From Candidatus Rifleibacteriota bacterium (GTDB lineage Bacteria; Muiribacteriota; Ozemobacteria; Ozemobacterales; Ozemobacteraceae): a stretch of DNA of 13,074 nt. Position 1 is the stretch's first letter, and the number at the start of each line of letters is the position of its first letter. Location: NCBI GenBank assembly GCA_051747585.1, contig JBNJGH010000093.1, positions 1-13,074 of the forward strand. Direction: 5' to 3'. Below the pieces are notes generated by a model. The model saw only the letters and a list, made by a program, of their open reading frames with translations. It searched no databases and had not been told where the DNA came from. Both the position numbers and the translations under genes were made by a program. Positions 1 to 7,142 of the stretch are shown piece by piece.

Positions 1-2
1 TG

Positions 3-404
3 GCTAACGAAGCAATAGAATGGGTCAGTTCTGCCAGATACGACCAGATTAATCCAACTACTCTTGCTGCTTTATCCGAGACACTTTCAAATGACACAAC
101 AGGAGTGCTTGAACCTGTTGAAATTGCTGTAAATGATCCGGCAAATTCAGTCTGGCAGGCCGATGATTTTATGGCTGAAGAGCTAAAATACTCTGAGCAG
201 TATAATAATGCTTTCTTTTACCGGGAGCTGGAAGTCGAATCAGTCGAGAGTTCTTATTTAAACTCTGATCTTTTAAAGAAGGTAACGGTTACCGTTAAAT
301 GGAGTGAAGGAAAAAGACCTTCAAATCTAAATGTAAGCGATAATCGAAATCGGCAGGTACAGTTGTCTGTTCTGGTTTTAAATGATCGGAATTTATATTA
401 TTGA
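3..404 (+). CDS. 5'-truncated minor pilin/pseudopilin-like protein (PilV/GspI-like C-terminal part)
   Basis: The frame is open from position 3 (ANEAIEWVSSARYDQINP...), so the GTG at 105 is not the true start. 'ANEAIEWV' resembles the end of the pilin alpha-1 helix (LAxExIExxR). 'LLKKVTVTVKWSE...RQVQLSVLV' resembles the terminal beta-strands of PilV/GspI-type pilins. It lies directly upstream of a clear prepilin gene; the N-terminal cleavage motif would be outside the window. Confidence 0.6.
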   Translation, partial: ANEAIEWVSSARYDQINPTTLAALSETLSNDTTGVLEPVEIAVNDPANSVWQADDFMAEELKYSEQYNNAFFYRELEVESVESSYLNSDLLKKVTVTVKWSEGKRPSNLNVSDNRNRQVQLSVLVLNDRNLYY

Positions 405-406
405 TT

Positions 407-1087
407 ATGAAAAATATTTTTAACAAAAAGGCATTTACATTAGTTGAGCTGGTTATAGCTGTAGGCATAGCTCTTGTTGCTTTTTTGATGATTTATCGGT
501 TTTTATCAAGCACGAGACATCATTATATGTACGGTACTGTTAACCTGCAAAACTTTCAGCAGGGGCGACTCGCAATTAATTATCTAAGACGGGATTTTTC
601 CTGTGCCTGCCCGAAACTCGAAGATCCTGACGTTCTGGGTTATACTGATTTTCAGAAAGCCCGTAAACAGATTTTTCTGACTTCCTCCTGGTCTTCGCCT
701 GGAGGAGATGGTCTTATTCAAGTAATGCCTCAGGGGCTTTTGTTTTACCGTTTTATCTACAATTCTCCCAATGCAAAACCCGTCGTTGCCATGATTAAAT
801 ATGAATTCGACAATTCCAGTAAAACCTTAATAAGAACAGGAACCGATGGTAAGAAGCAGAAATTTACCGGCATAGAAAATGTTAATTTCAAAGTATATAC
901 CCATCAGCTCAATAACAGAGTTCCGGTATTATGGGTTAAACTGCTGATTCACGAAGGAGAAAATATTTATGGCCGTGATTCTATTGGTAAAGCTCTCGAG
1001 TTAACTTCTTCCATTACCAGCCCTTTTATAAACAGCAGCGTAAACAATAAATACTGGCGTTATGAGCTGGGGCATAATAATTTATAA
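407..1087 (+). CDS. Prepilin-type N-terminal cleavage/methylation domain protein (PilW/GspJ-like minor pseudopilin)
   Basis: Class III signal peptide MKNIFNKKA|FTLVELVIAVGIALVAFLMIY: basic leader, Ala-1, Phe+1, Glu+5, hydrophobic helix. Later motifs 'RLAINYLRRDF' and 'IKYEFDNSSKTLIRT...FTGIENVNFKV' are typical of PilW/GspJ-like proteins. ATG at 407; an alternative TTG at 401 overlaps the upstream TGA. Confidence 0.85.
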   Translation: MKNIFNKKAFTLVELVIAVGIALVAFLMIYRFLSSTRHHYMYGTVNLQNFQQGRLAINYLRRDFSCACPKLEDPDVLGYTDFQKARKQIFLTSSWSSPGGDGLIQVMPQGLLFYRFIYNSPNAKPVVAMIKYEFDNSSKTLIRTGTDGKKQKFTGIENVNFKVYTHQLNNRVPVLWVKLLIHEGENIYGRDSIGKALELTSSITSPFINSSVNNKYWRYELGHNNL

Positions 1088-1138
1088 TTTGTGAAACGAA
1101 AATAGACTTTGATTCGTAGATATAGCAGAACAAAGAAA

Positions 1139-1156
1139 AATTACTAAGGAGTAATT
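1139..1156 (+). promoter_or_regulatory. Shine-Dalgarno (AAGGAG 1146-1151) embedded in hairpin AATTACT-AAGG-AGTAATT
   Basis: AAGGAG lies 7 nt before ATG 1159. Arms 1139-1145 and 1150-1156 are exact reverse complements. Confidence 0.6.
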
Positions 1157-1158
1157 AT

Positions 1159-2043
1159 ATGAACTTCAAAAAAAGAAATTTCTGGTTGACATTTGTTTTA
1201 TGCTTCTCGCTTGTTTTTAATCCATTAATTGTCCAGGTTGCTCTTTACGCACAGGATACAAGCAACGTTGAAGAGGTGGAGGAAGAAATAGATGCTGGTG
1301 AAGCTATGAATACCTCTGAAGATAAGGCCGATGAAGCCAGCGAGGAGGTTGATAAAACCCACGATAAACTAAAAGGTACCAAAAAAGCTAAAACAAAATG
1401 GTATATGAGTGGCAGTACAAAAAGAAAAATCAAAAAAGCCAATCGCTCGCTAGGCGATGCTACAGAAGATGTAGGGAAGGCAAAAGAAGATGCCCGAGAA
1501 GCAGCTGACAGCGTACAAGCTATTGGCGACACAATTGATGGTGACGACAATGCCCTTGATAAGCTGGCAAAGGTAAAGTCAGGAGTACAGACTGCCTTAA
1601 TCAAGACCGGGCAGTTGTTGCAGAGTATAGGTCAGATGCTTAAAACCGTTGGGAAGGCTCTTCAGGCCATCGGCCAGGTTTTGCAGGCCATCCCATGGAC
1701 GTCTGCAATTGGAGCTGCTCTGGTTAATGTTGGTAAGACTCTTCATTCGGTGGGCTCAATGCTTGATGCAGTTGGTAAGGTGATCGAGAAGATAGGCCAG
1801 ACAGCCGAAGATGCAGATCAGAATTTCGGTGATATGGTTGGTCAGATCTTCCAGGCCGGAAAAGACGGATGGAAACAAGGCCAGGAAGAAGCTGAACAGT
1901 ATCAGAACGAGCTCGACCAGGAAACTCAGGATGCCGATACCTCGCAGAATATGGGTGAGGCAACCCAGGAAATTCAGATGGATACCGGTGCCGAAGCTGA
2001 AACAGTAGAAGACCTTGACCAGCAGGACGTAACTGACTTTTAA
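1159..2043 (+). CDS. Secreted hypothetical acidic protein with central Gly-heptad helical hairpin
   Basis: 294-aa ORF with a strong SD. Sec-type signal peptide (MNFKKRNF, hydrophobic core, probable cleavage at LYA|QD). Asp/Glu-rich N- and C-terminal regions. Repeats of [ITV]GxxLxx at aa ~147-216. Followed by a terminator. Confidence 0.85.
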   Translation: MNFKKRNFWLTFVLCFSLVFNPLIVQVALYAQDTSNVEEVEEEIDAGEAMNTSEDKADEASEEVDKTHDKLKGTKKAKTKWYMSGSTKRKIKKANRSLGDATEDVGKAKEDAREAADSVQAIGDTIDGDDNALDKLAKVKSGVQTALIKTGQLLQSIGQMLKTVGKALQAIGQVLQAIPWTSAIGAALVNVGKTLHSVGSMLDAVGKVIEKIGQTAEDADQNFGDMVGQIFQAGKDGWKQGQEEAEQYQNELDQETQDADTSQNMGEATQEIQMDTGAEAETVEDLDQQDVTDF

Positions 2044-2054
2044 TCAAGGCTTAA

Positions 2055-2101
2055 TAGAATAAAAAAAGCAGACATCTAAGATGTCTGCTTTTTTTATTCT
2101 A
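2055..2101. terminator. Bidirectional intrinsic terminator / perfect 47-bp palindrome
   Basis: TAGAATAAAAAAAGCAGACATCT-A-AGATGTCTGCTTTTTTTATTCTA: 23-bp perfect arms with an A7 tract on the left and a T7 tract on the right, starting 11 nt after the stop of 1159..2043. Confidence 0.9.
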
Positions 2102-2135
2102 AATAGATTCGCGATATGTTCCGAAGCAAAATTGT

Positions 2136-2684
2136 ATGAAAAATATTTACATCAAACTAGCTTCGGTTTTATTTGCGCTGGTTATTATTACTTTGTTGCT
2201 TCCGGTAACCTTTGGCGGTGATCCGGGGTTGACGGGGCAGATTTTAGAAGATAAAGAACGATACTTTCATCGTTTAAAAGATATGCGGGCCAAAGATCCG
2301 CAAAATCCGGAATGGAGCTATCAGCTGGGTAATCTTTATTACAGTCTCGAGATGGAAAATGACGCCATAAAAGAGTATAGAAGAACCTTGAAATTAGACC
2401 CTGAGCATGCTTTTGCCAAATGGTTTTTGAGTAAAGTTCTTGAAAGTCGTGGTTATTATGAAGAAGCTTTCTGGCTGGTCAGGGAATTGATAAGAAAACA
2501 TAATCAAATTCCTGAGCTATATGACCGAGCAGGTGAAATATTGATAAAAATGGAACAAAACACTGCAGCCAGAGAATACTTTGCCAGATATGACGAGCTT
2601 AAATTTGGTGAGGTTAGAGGTGAAGACCCGGTTAAAACAAAAACAAGGCCGACAGCAGGGTCATGGAAAGAGTATTTTTATTGA
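2136..2684 (+). CDS. Tetratricopeptide repeat (TPR) protein with N-terminal signal/membrane anchor
   Basis: Hydrophobic N-terminus (LASVLFALVIITLLLPVTF). About 3 TPR units, e.g. 'PEWSYQLGNLYYSLEMENDAIKEYRRTLKLDPEHAFAKWFLSKVLESRGYYEEAFWLVRELIRKHNQIPELYDRAGEILIKME'. Confidence 0.85.
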   Translation: MKNIYIKLASVLFALVIITLLLPVTFGGDPGLTGQILEDKERYFHRLKDMRAKDPQNPEWSYQLGNLYYSLEMENDAIKEYRRTLKLDPEHAFAKWFLSKVLESRGYYEEAFWLVRELIRKHNQIPELYDRAGEILIKMEQNTAAREYFARYDELKFGEVRGEDPVKTKTRPTAGSWKEYFY

Positions 2685-3223
2685 AGCTCCTTCTTAAGCT
2701 TTTTTATCCAGTTTTGGCCAAAAATGTCGGCCAACAGACCTTCATAGCTTAATAAAACCGGTGGCGCGGGTTTTGTTGAAACACAGAATTCAGGTATAAA
2801 AATATTGATCATCCAGTTTTGATCCGATTTTTTTATGATAAGCGGAAAAAGAGAACACCATAAAGGTTTGAGATCGAGCAGGGGAATTTTATTTTTTTCA
2901 GCATAACTATGCAGTGAGCAGAGTAAAATCTTGTCTGAATTCAGGTAAGCCAACGGACATGGCTGGTCTTTTCCCTGTTCTTTAATATGAATCTCACCTT
3001 TATAATGCTCGCTTACTCCGGCTTTTAAAAAAAGCATGTTTTCACTGGAAAGAAAAGAATCCAGGTTATTGAGATTTTTTGAAATTGTTTTTTCTTCTTC
3101 TTCGCATATAGGGGAACCAAGGTCTCCATACTTACAGCAATTTCCTTTACAGCGTTTTAAATCACATGCAAAATGAGTGTTCCAGGCATCATCAGATATA
3201 ATTACATTGTCAATTATGTGCAT
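2678..3223 (-). CDS. DUF3109-like / YkgJ-like cysteine-cluster (putative Fe-S or Zn binding) protein
   Basis: N-terminus 'IIDNVIISDDAWNTHFACDLKRCKGNCCKYGDLGSP' and later 'CPLAY...CSLHSYA...KPLWCSLFPL...C' match the DUF3109 family pattern as I recall it. GGAGA SD at 3235-3231. Its 3' end overlaps the TPR gene end by 7 bp. Confidence 0.8.
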   Translation of the reverse strand: MHIIDNVIISDDAWNTHFACDLKRCKGNCCKYGDLGSPICEEEEKTISKNLNNLDSFLSSENMLFLKAGVSEHYKGEIHIKEQGKDQPCPLAYLNSDKILLCSLHSYAEKNKIPLLDLKPLWCSLFPLIIKKSDQNWMINIFIPEFCVSTKPAPPVLLSYEGLLADIFGQNWIKKLKKELQ

Positions 3224-3243
3224 TGCTATTTCTCCGGATTTTT

Positions 3244-3272
3244 AATTTAGCAGAAAATAAAAATGATTTCAG
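3244..3272 (-). promoter_or_regulatory. Putative sigma70-type promoter for the DUF3109-like gene
   Basis: Minus strand CTGAAA (3272-3267)-N17-TAAATT (3249-3244), with an extended -10 TG (TGcTAAATT), upstream of the SD and ATG 3223. Confidence 0.4.
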
Positions 3273-3283
3273 GTAATTATTAT

Positions 3284-3310
3284 TAATAAATTTTTGTGAT
3301 GCGCCGATAA
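3284..3310 (+). promoter_or_regulatory. Putative sigma28 (FliA/SigD)-type promoter for the HEAT-repeat gene
   Basis: TAAT (3284-3287)-N15-GCCGATAA (3303-3310). The consensus is TAAA-N15-GCCGATAA, so the -10 box is an exact 8/8 match and the -35 box a 3/4 match at the correct spacing. Confidence 0.5.
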
Positions 3311-3318
3311 AAGGCTCG

Positions 3319-5310
3319 ATGAACGGCATAGATATAGCTATTATTACTGGATTTATTGTACTTCTGCTGGTGGTTTGTCTTCGCATCTTGCTCGGACGTA
3401 GACAAGCGGCAAAAGCAGATGCTTCTGTGGTTATCAAAAAGCCACAGAAGAAAAGCATGCATGCCAAAGCTGAAGCTCAAAAAGAAGTTTCAGCTGATGC
3501 CGAAGAGCAAACCCGGAAGCAAGAGACAACTGATGCAAAAACAGAGCAGCAAGAGTTTGACGAGAACCAGTCAGAGAGGTCATTGCCCGCTGCGGATACT
3601 GAAGAAGATACAGAAGAATCTAAAGAGCTGGATGCAGAGGATTACAAAAATCCGGTTGTTTTAATTAAAAAATTTTCTGCTCCGGTTGAAAAAAGAGTCA
3701 AAGCCATGCAACTTGCGGGTGAGCAAAAAAACTCAGAGGCCGTAACCGCACTTATTGAGGCACTGTATGAGCCTGATTCATCAATTTCGTCTGCTGCCGC
3801 CGACGCGCTGGGAAAAATTGGTGATTCTCAAGCCATAGAACCATTGTTAGAGGTTTCGCGCCGAAATGATGCTCAATTGATGCGAGAAATTGCAGGCACT
3901 ATTGGCGAAGAAAACGCAGAGTCTGAAGAAAATACAGAAAACCAGGAAATTTCGACTGAAATAGAAAATCCATATAATTTTAAAGAAATGGTGGTTTTCA
4001 AGATCGATCAATTGCCCCAGGAATATTTTCAAAAAGATGGGACACCAATTCCACGAAAAGATCTTGTAGTTAAAGGATTAAAAGACAATAACCAACAACT
4101 ACGTCAGATGGCTGCCAAAGTTGCAATAGGGTTAGATAGTGATGATGTGGTGCCGCCTTTGATAGAAGCTTTGGAAAATCCTTTTGAAGTGGAATCTGTT
4201 CGTTTTATGGCAGCTGAGGCTCTTGGGGGGATGGAAAACGAAAGTTCCATTGCCGCTTTAATAAAGTCATTAAAAGATGAAAATGTAGCGGTAAGATACT
4301 CTGCTGCAGCAGCATTAAGCGGCAAAAAAGGTGAACAAGTTGTAGAAGCATTGGTAGATGCCGTTAATGATGAAGATAAATATGTTCGTTCTTCGGTAGC
4401 TTATGCATTGGGGGCAACTCGAAGTCAGAAAGCTTTCGAAATTCTATTTGAATGTATGGCTGATGAAAGTGAAGTGGTAAGATTCTCTGCTGCAAAGGCA
4501 ATAGCATGTTTCCCGGATGATCAAGTCATGAAGGAAATCAATAACCGGCTTGATCAAGCCGACAAAAATACCAAGCTTGCATTAATCGAAATACTTGGAC
4601 AGATTAAAACCGATGAATCTGCTAAAATATTGAGAAGTTTTTTGAATGATTCAGATGGAGAGCTGAGTTATAAAGCTTCCATGGTGCTAATGGGGCAGGA
4701 GAATTTTGAAATACTCGATGAGTTGATCGAGGCTTCTAAAAGACTTGACAATGAGTTGTTTAAATACATGAAAACTAGTGAAGGAGCTGTTCCGGAAGGT
4801 GTAAAAATCGCAAGCGAAGCAAACAAAAAGGTTGACGCTCAGAAAGTTGAAGAACCATTAAAAAAAGAACAGAGCCCGGTAGCTGTAACGAGTAATGACG
4901 AAAGCGATTCTGAAAATGACATTAAGCAGGTAATTTTACCTGAGAAACTCAAGAAATTAAAAGAAGGTCTTGCAGATAAAAATCCAAATATAAGAGGTAG
5001 TTCTGCCAATGCCCTGGGTGATTCAAAGGACCCCCGAGCAGTTGAACTGCTGGTAAAAATTCTTGATGATGAAAATGAATTTGTAAGATCATCAGCGATA
5101 AGTTCGCTGGGCAGAATAGGTGATGAAAGAGCTCTTTCTTACCTTCTAATCAAAGCTTCAGATCACTCAGAAGAAGTAAGATACGCTCTGGTAAAAGCTC
5201 TGGCCAAATTTTCAAGTCCGAGTGCTACGGATTGTCTTAGAAACCTGGCTGATTCAGATATATCAAGCCAGGTAAAAAGAACTGCTAGAGCAGCTCTTGA
5301 TAAAAGGTAA
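3319..5310 (+). CDS. Membrane-anchored HEAT-repeat (PBS lyase HEAT-like) protein
   Basis: N-terminal TM helix (IDIAIITGFIVLLLVVCLRILL) followed by basic residues, then acidic linkers and many HEAT/EZ repeats (e.g. 'ALIKSLKDENVAVRYSAAAALS', 'ALVDAVNDEDKYVRSSVAYALG', 'LLVKILDDENEFVRSSAISSLGRIGD'). Confidence 0.9.
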   Translation: MNGIDIAIITGFIVLLLVVCLRILLGRRQAAKADASVVIKKPQKKSMHAKAEAQKEVSADAEEQTRKQETTDAKTEQQEFDENQSERSLPAADTEEDTEESKELDAEDYKNPVVLIKKFSAPVEKRVKAMQLAGEQKNSEAVTALIEALYEPDSSISSAAADALGKIGDSQAIEPLLEVSRRNDAQLMREIAGTIGEENAESEENTENQEISTEIENPYNFKEMVVFKIDQLPQEYFQKDGTPIPRKDLVVKGLKDNNQQLRQMAAKVAIGLDSDDVVPPLIEALENPFEVESVRFMAAEALGGMENESSIAALIKSLKDENVAVRYSAAAALSGKKGEQVVEALVDAVNDEDKYVRSSVAYALGATRSQKAFEILFECMADESEVVRFSAAKAIACFPDDQVMKEINNRLDQADKNTKLALIEILGQIKTDESAKILRSFLNDSDGELSYKASMVLMGQENFEILDELIEASKRLDNELFKYMKTSEGAVPEGVKIASEANKKVDAQKVEEPLKKEQSPVAVTSNDESDSENDIKQVILPEKLKKLKEGLADKNPNIRGSSANALGDSKDPRAVELLVKILDDENEFVRSSAISSLGRIGDERALSYLLIKASDHSEEVRYALVKALAKFSSPSATDCLRNLADSDISSQVKRTARAALDKR

Positions 5311-5328
5311 AGTTAAAACTAACGATTC

Positions 5329-7131
5329 TTAATCTTCAGGTCTTAAAACCGACATGAAAGCTTTTTGCGGAATCTCGACTCTACCTACCATTTTCATTCT
5401 CTTCTTACCCTGTCTCTGCTTTTCAAGAAGCTTCCTTTTTCTGCTTATATCGCCGCCATAACATTTTGCCGTAACGTCTTTTCGGTAGGCCGGAATATTC
5501 TCGCGGGCAATAATTTTTGAGCCGATTGCTGCCTGCAAAGGTATCTGAAACTGATGTCTGGGTATAAGCTTTCTTAGTTTTGCAATAACTGCTCTGCCTC
5601 GGTATTCGGCGCGGTCGCGGTGACACATGAACGAAAGTGCGTCTACTTTTTCGCTGTTAACAAGAATATCGACTCTTGAAATCTTGGCTGCCTGCCTGCC
5701 TATGTGTTCGTAATCCATTGAGGCGTAACCTCTGGTGCGGCTTTTAAGCTTGTCATAGAAATCGACTACTATTTCTGAAAGAGGTAGATCAAATGAAATA
5801 GAAACGCGATTCTGGGAAATAAATTCCATGTTTTTCATAACACCGCGGCGTTCCTGACCGAGTTCCATAATTGTACCGATGTAATCCTTTGGCATAAAAA
5901 TGGTTGCATGAACAAATGGTTCTCTGATTTCTTCTATATCTGAAGGGTCGGGTAAGCTTGCGGGAGAATCAATTTCAATGACTTCTCCTGAGGTAGTCAG
6001 AACATCATAAACTACGTTGGGTGCAGTTGTAACAAGATCTAAATCATATTCTCTCTCGAGTCTTTCCTGAATGATTTCCATATGAAGCAGCCCGAGAAAG
6101 CCACATCTAAAGCCAAAACCAAGGGCCAGTGAATTTTCGGGAATAAATGACAAGCTTGAATCATTGAGGGTAAGCTTTTCAAGAGCATTTCTCAGATCGT
6201 TAAATTCGTTGGCTTCTACAGGATAAAGACCACAGAACACCATTTGCTTGGCCTGTTGAAAGCCGGGTATTGGTATTATTTCTTCTTTAATCTTTTCAAG
6301 TATTACAGTGTCACCAATATTTACATGGCCCATTTCTTTGATTGAGGCGCAGAAAAAACCAACATTACCGGTAGTAATTTTGTCCTGCAATATGGGCTTG
6401 GGTGTAAAGACACCGGCTTCAAGAATCTCGAAGCTGTCGTCAGTTGAACAAAATTTAATTTTATCACCAATTTTGAATTCGCCGTCTACCACTTTGCAGT
6501 ATACGACAACACCTTTATATGAATCATATTTAGCATCAAAAACCAGAGCACGTAATGGCCTATCCGGATTTCCTGCCGGAGGAGGCACTACTTCGACAAT
6601 TCGGTCGAGTAATTCTGCAACCCCTTTTCCTTCTTTGGCTGATGCAAGTATGGCATTGGAGCAATCAATTCCAATCAAGGTTTCAATTTCTTCTTTTACC
6701 CGTTCAGGATCAGCTGCAGGTAAGTCTATTTTATTTATTACCGGTATAATTTCGAGATCCTGTGCCATGGCGAGGGTTGCATTGGCCATAGTTTGAGCTT
6801 CTACACCCTGACTGGCATCTACTACCAGAACAGCGCCTTCGCAGGCAGCAATCGAGCGTGAAACTTCATAAGAAAAATCGACGTGTCCGGGCGTGTCAAT
6901 TAGGTTTAAGGTATACTCTTCATTTGTTTCGTTTTTATGAATCATTCTAACAGCTTGAGCCTTGATGGTTATACCGCGTTCTCGTTCAAGATCCATCGAG
7001 TCAAGCAGCTGTTCTTTCATTTCTCTGTTGCTGACCGTGGCAGTGTTTTCAATCATACGGTCGGCAAGGGTCGATTTCCCATGATCAATGTGTGCAATGA
7101 TGCAGAAGTTGCGTATATTTTTCTGTGACAA
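5329..7131 (-). CDS. lepA: Elongation factor 4 (translational GTPase LepA)
   Basis: '[20 protein letters not shown]', 'ERERGITIK', '[19 protein letters not shown]', 'NKIDLP', '[23 protein letters not shown]', '[23 protein letters not shown]'. 600 aa; TTG start with GAGGT SD at 7142-7138. Confidence 0.99.
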   Translation of the reverse strand: MSQKNIRNFCIIAHIDHGKSTLADRMIENTATVSNREMKEQLLDSMDLERERGITIKAQAVRMIHKNETNEEYTLNLIDTPGHVDFSYEVSRSIAACEGAVLVVDASQGVEAQTMANATLAMAQDLEIIPVINKIDLPAADPERVKEEIETLIGIDCSNAILASAKEGKGVAELLDRIVEVVPPPAGNPDRPLRALVFDAKYDSYKGVVVYCKVVDGEFKIGDKIKFCSTDDSFEILEAGVFTPKPILQDKITTGNVGFFCASIKEMGHVNIGDTVILEKIKEEIIPIPGFQQAKQMVFCGLYPVEANEFNDLRNALEKLTLNDSSLSFIPENSLALGFGFRCGFLGLLHMEIIQERLEREYDLDLVTTAPNVVYDVLTTSGEVIEIDSPASLPDPSDIEEIREPFVHATIFMPKDYIGTIMELGQERRGVMKNMEFISQNRVSISFDLPLSEIVVDFYDKLKSRTRGYASMDYEHIGRQAAKISRVDILVNSEKVDALSFMCHRDRAEYRGRAVIAKLRKLIPRHQFQIPLQAAIGSKIIARENIPAYRKDVTAKCYGGDISRKRKLLEKQRQGKKRMKMVGRVEIPQKAFMSVLRPED

Positions 7132-7142
7132 TTTGTTACCTC

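Noticed and set aside
105..404. ORF-track start at GTG 105 (99 aa)
   Set aside because: The frame is open to the window edge with pilin-like sequence upstream, so the gene is 5'-truncated.
1690..1715. WXG100/ESAT-6-like interpretation of the helical hairpin
   Set aside because: The turn is P-W-T-S, not W-x-G, and the protein has a Sec signal peptide and is about 290 aa.
1245..2047. Alternative ORFs 1245..1604(-), 1724..2047(-), 1811..2008(+)
   Set aside because: They are shadows of the 294-aa gene, which has the SD, signal peptide and terminator. They show no recognisable motifs.
1097..2120. Weak sigma28-like -10 boxes (GTAGATAT 1116-1123, CGCGATAT 2110-2117) and shared GATTCG..GATAT text upstream of two genes
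   Set aside because: Only 6/8 matches with no properly spaced TAAA; not distinguishable from chance.
407..2148. Identical 13-nt starts ATGAAAAATATTT in the prepilin (407) and TPR (2136) genes
   Set aside because: Common AT-rich MKNI start; the similarity does not extend further.
3210..3664. Short ORFs 3210..3467(-), 3283..3480(-), 3356..3664(+)
   Set aside because: They overlap the HEAT gene start and divergent promoter region and show no coding signatures.
5311..5328. Terminator between the convergent HEAT and lepA genes
   Set aside because: Only an 18-bp gap with a 4-bp AT-rich stem (AGTT/AACT); too weak to call.
6308..6796. 162-aa + strand ORF
   Set aside because: Antisense in-register shadow of lepA, as are the other short antisense ORFs within the NHL gene, vanW, gpsA, plsY and der.
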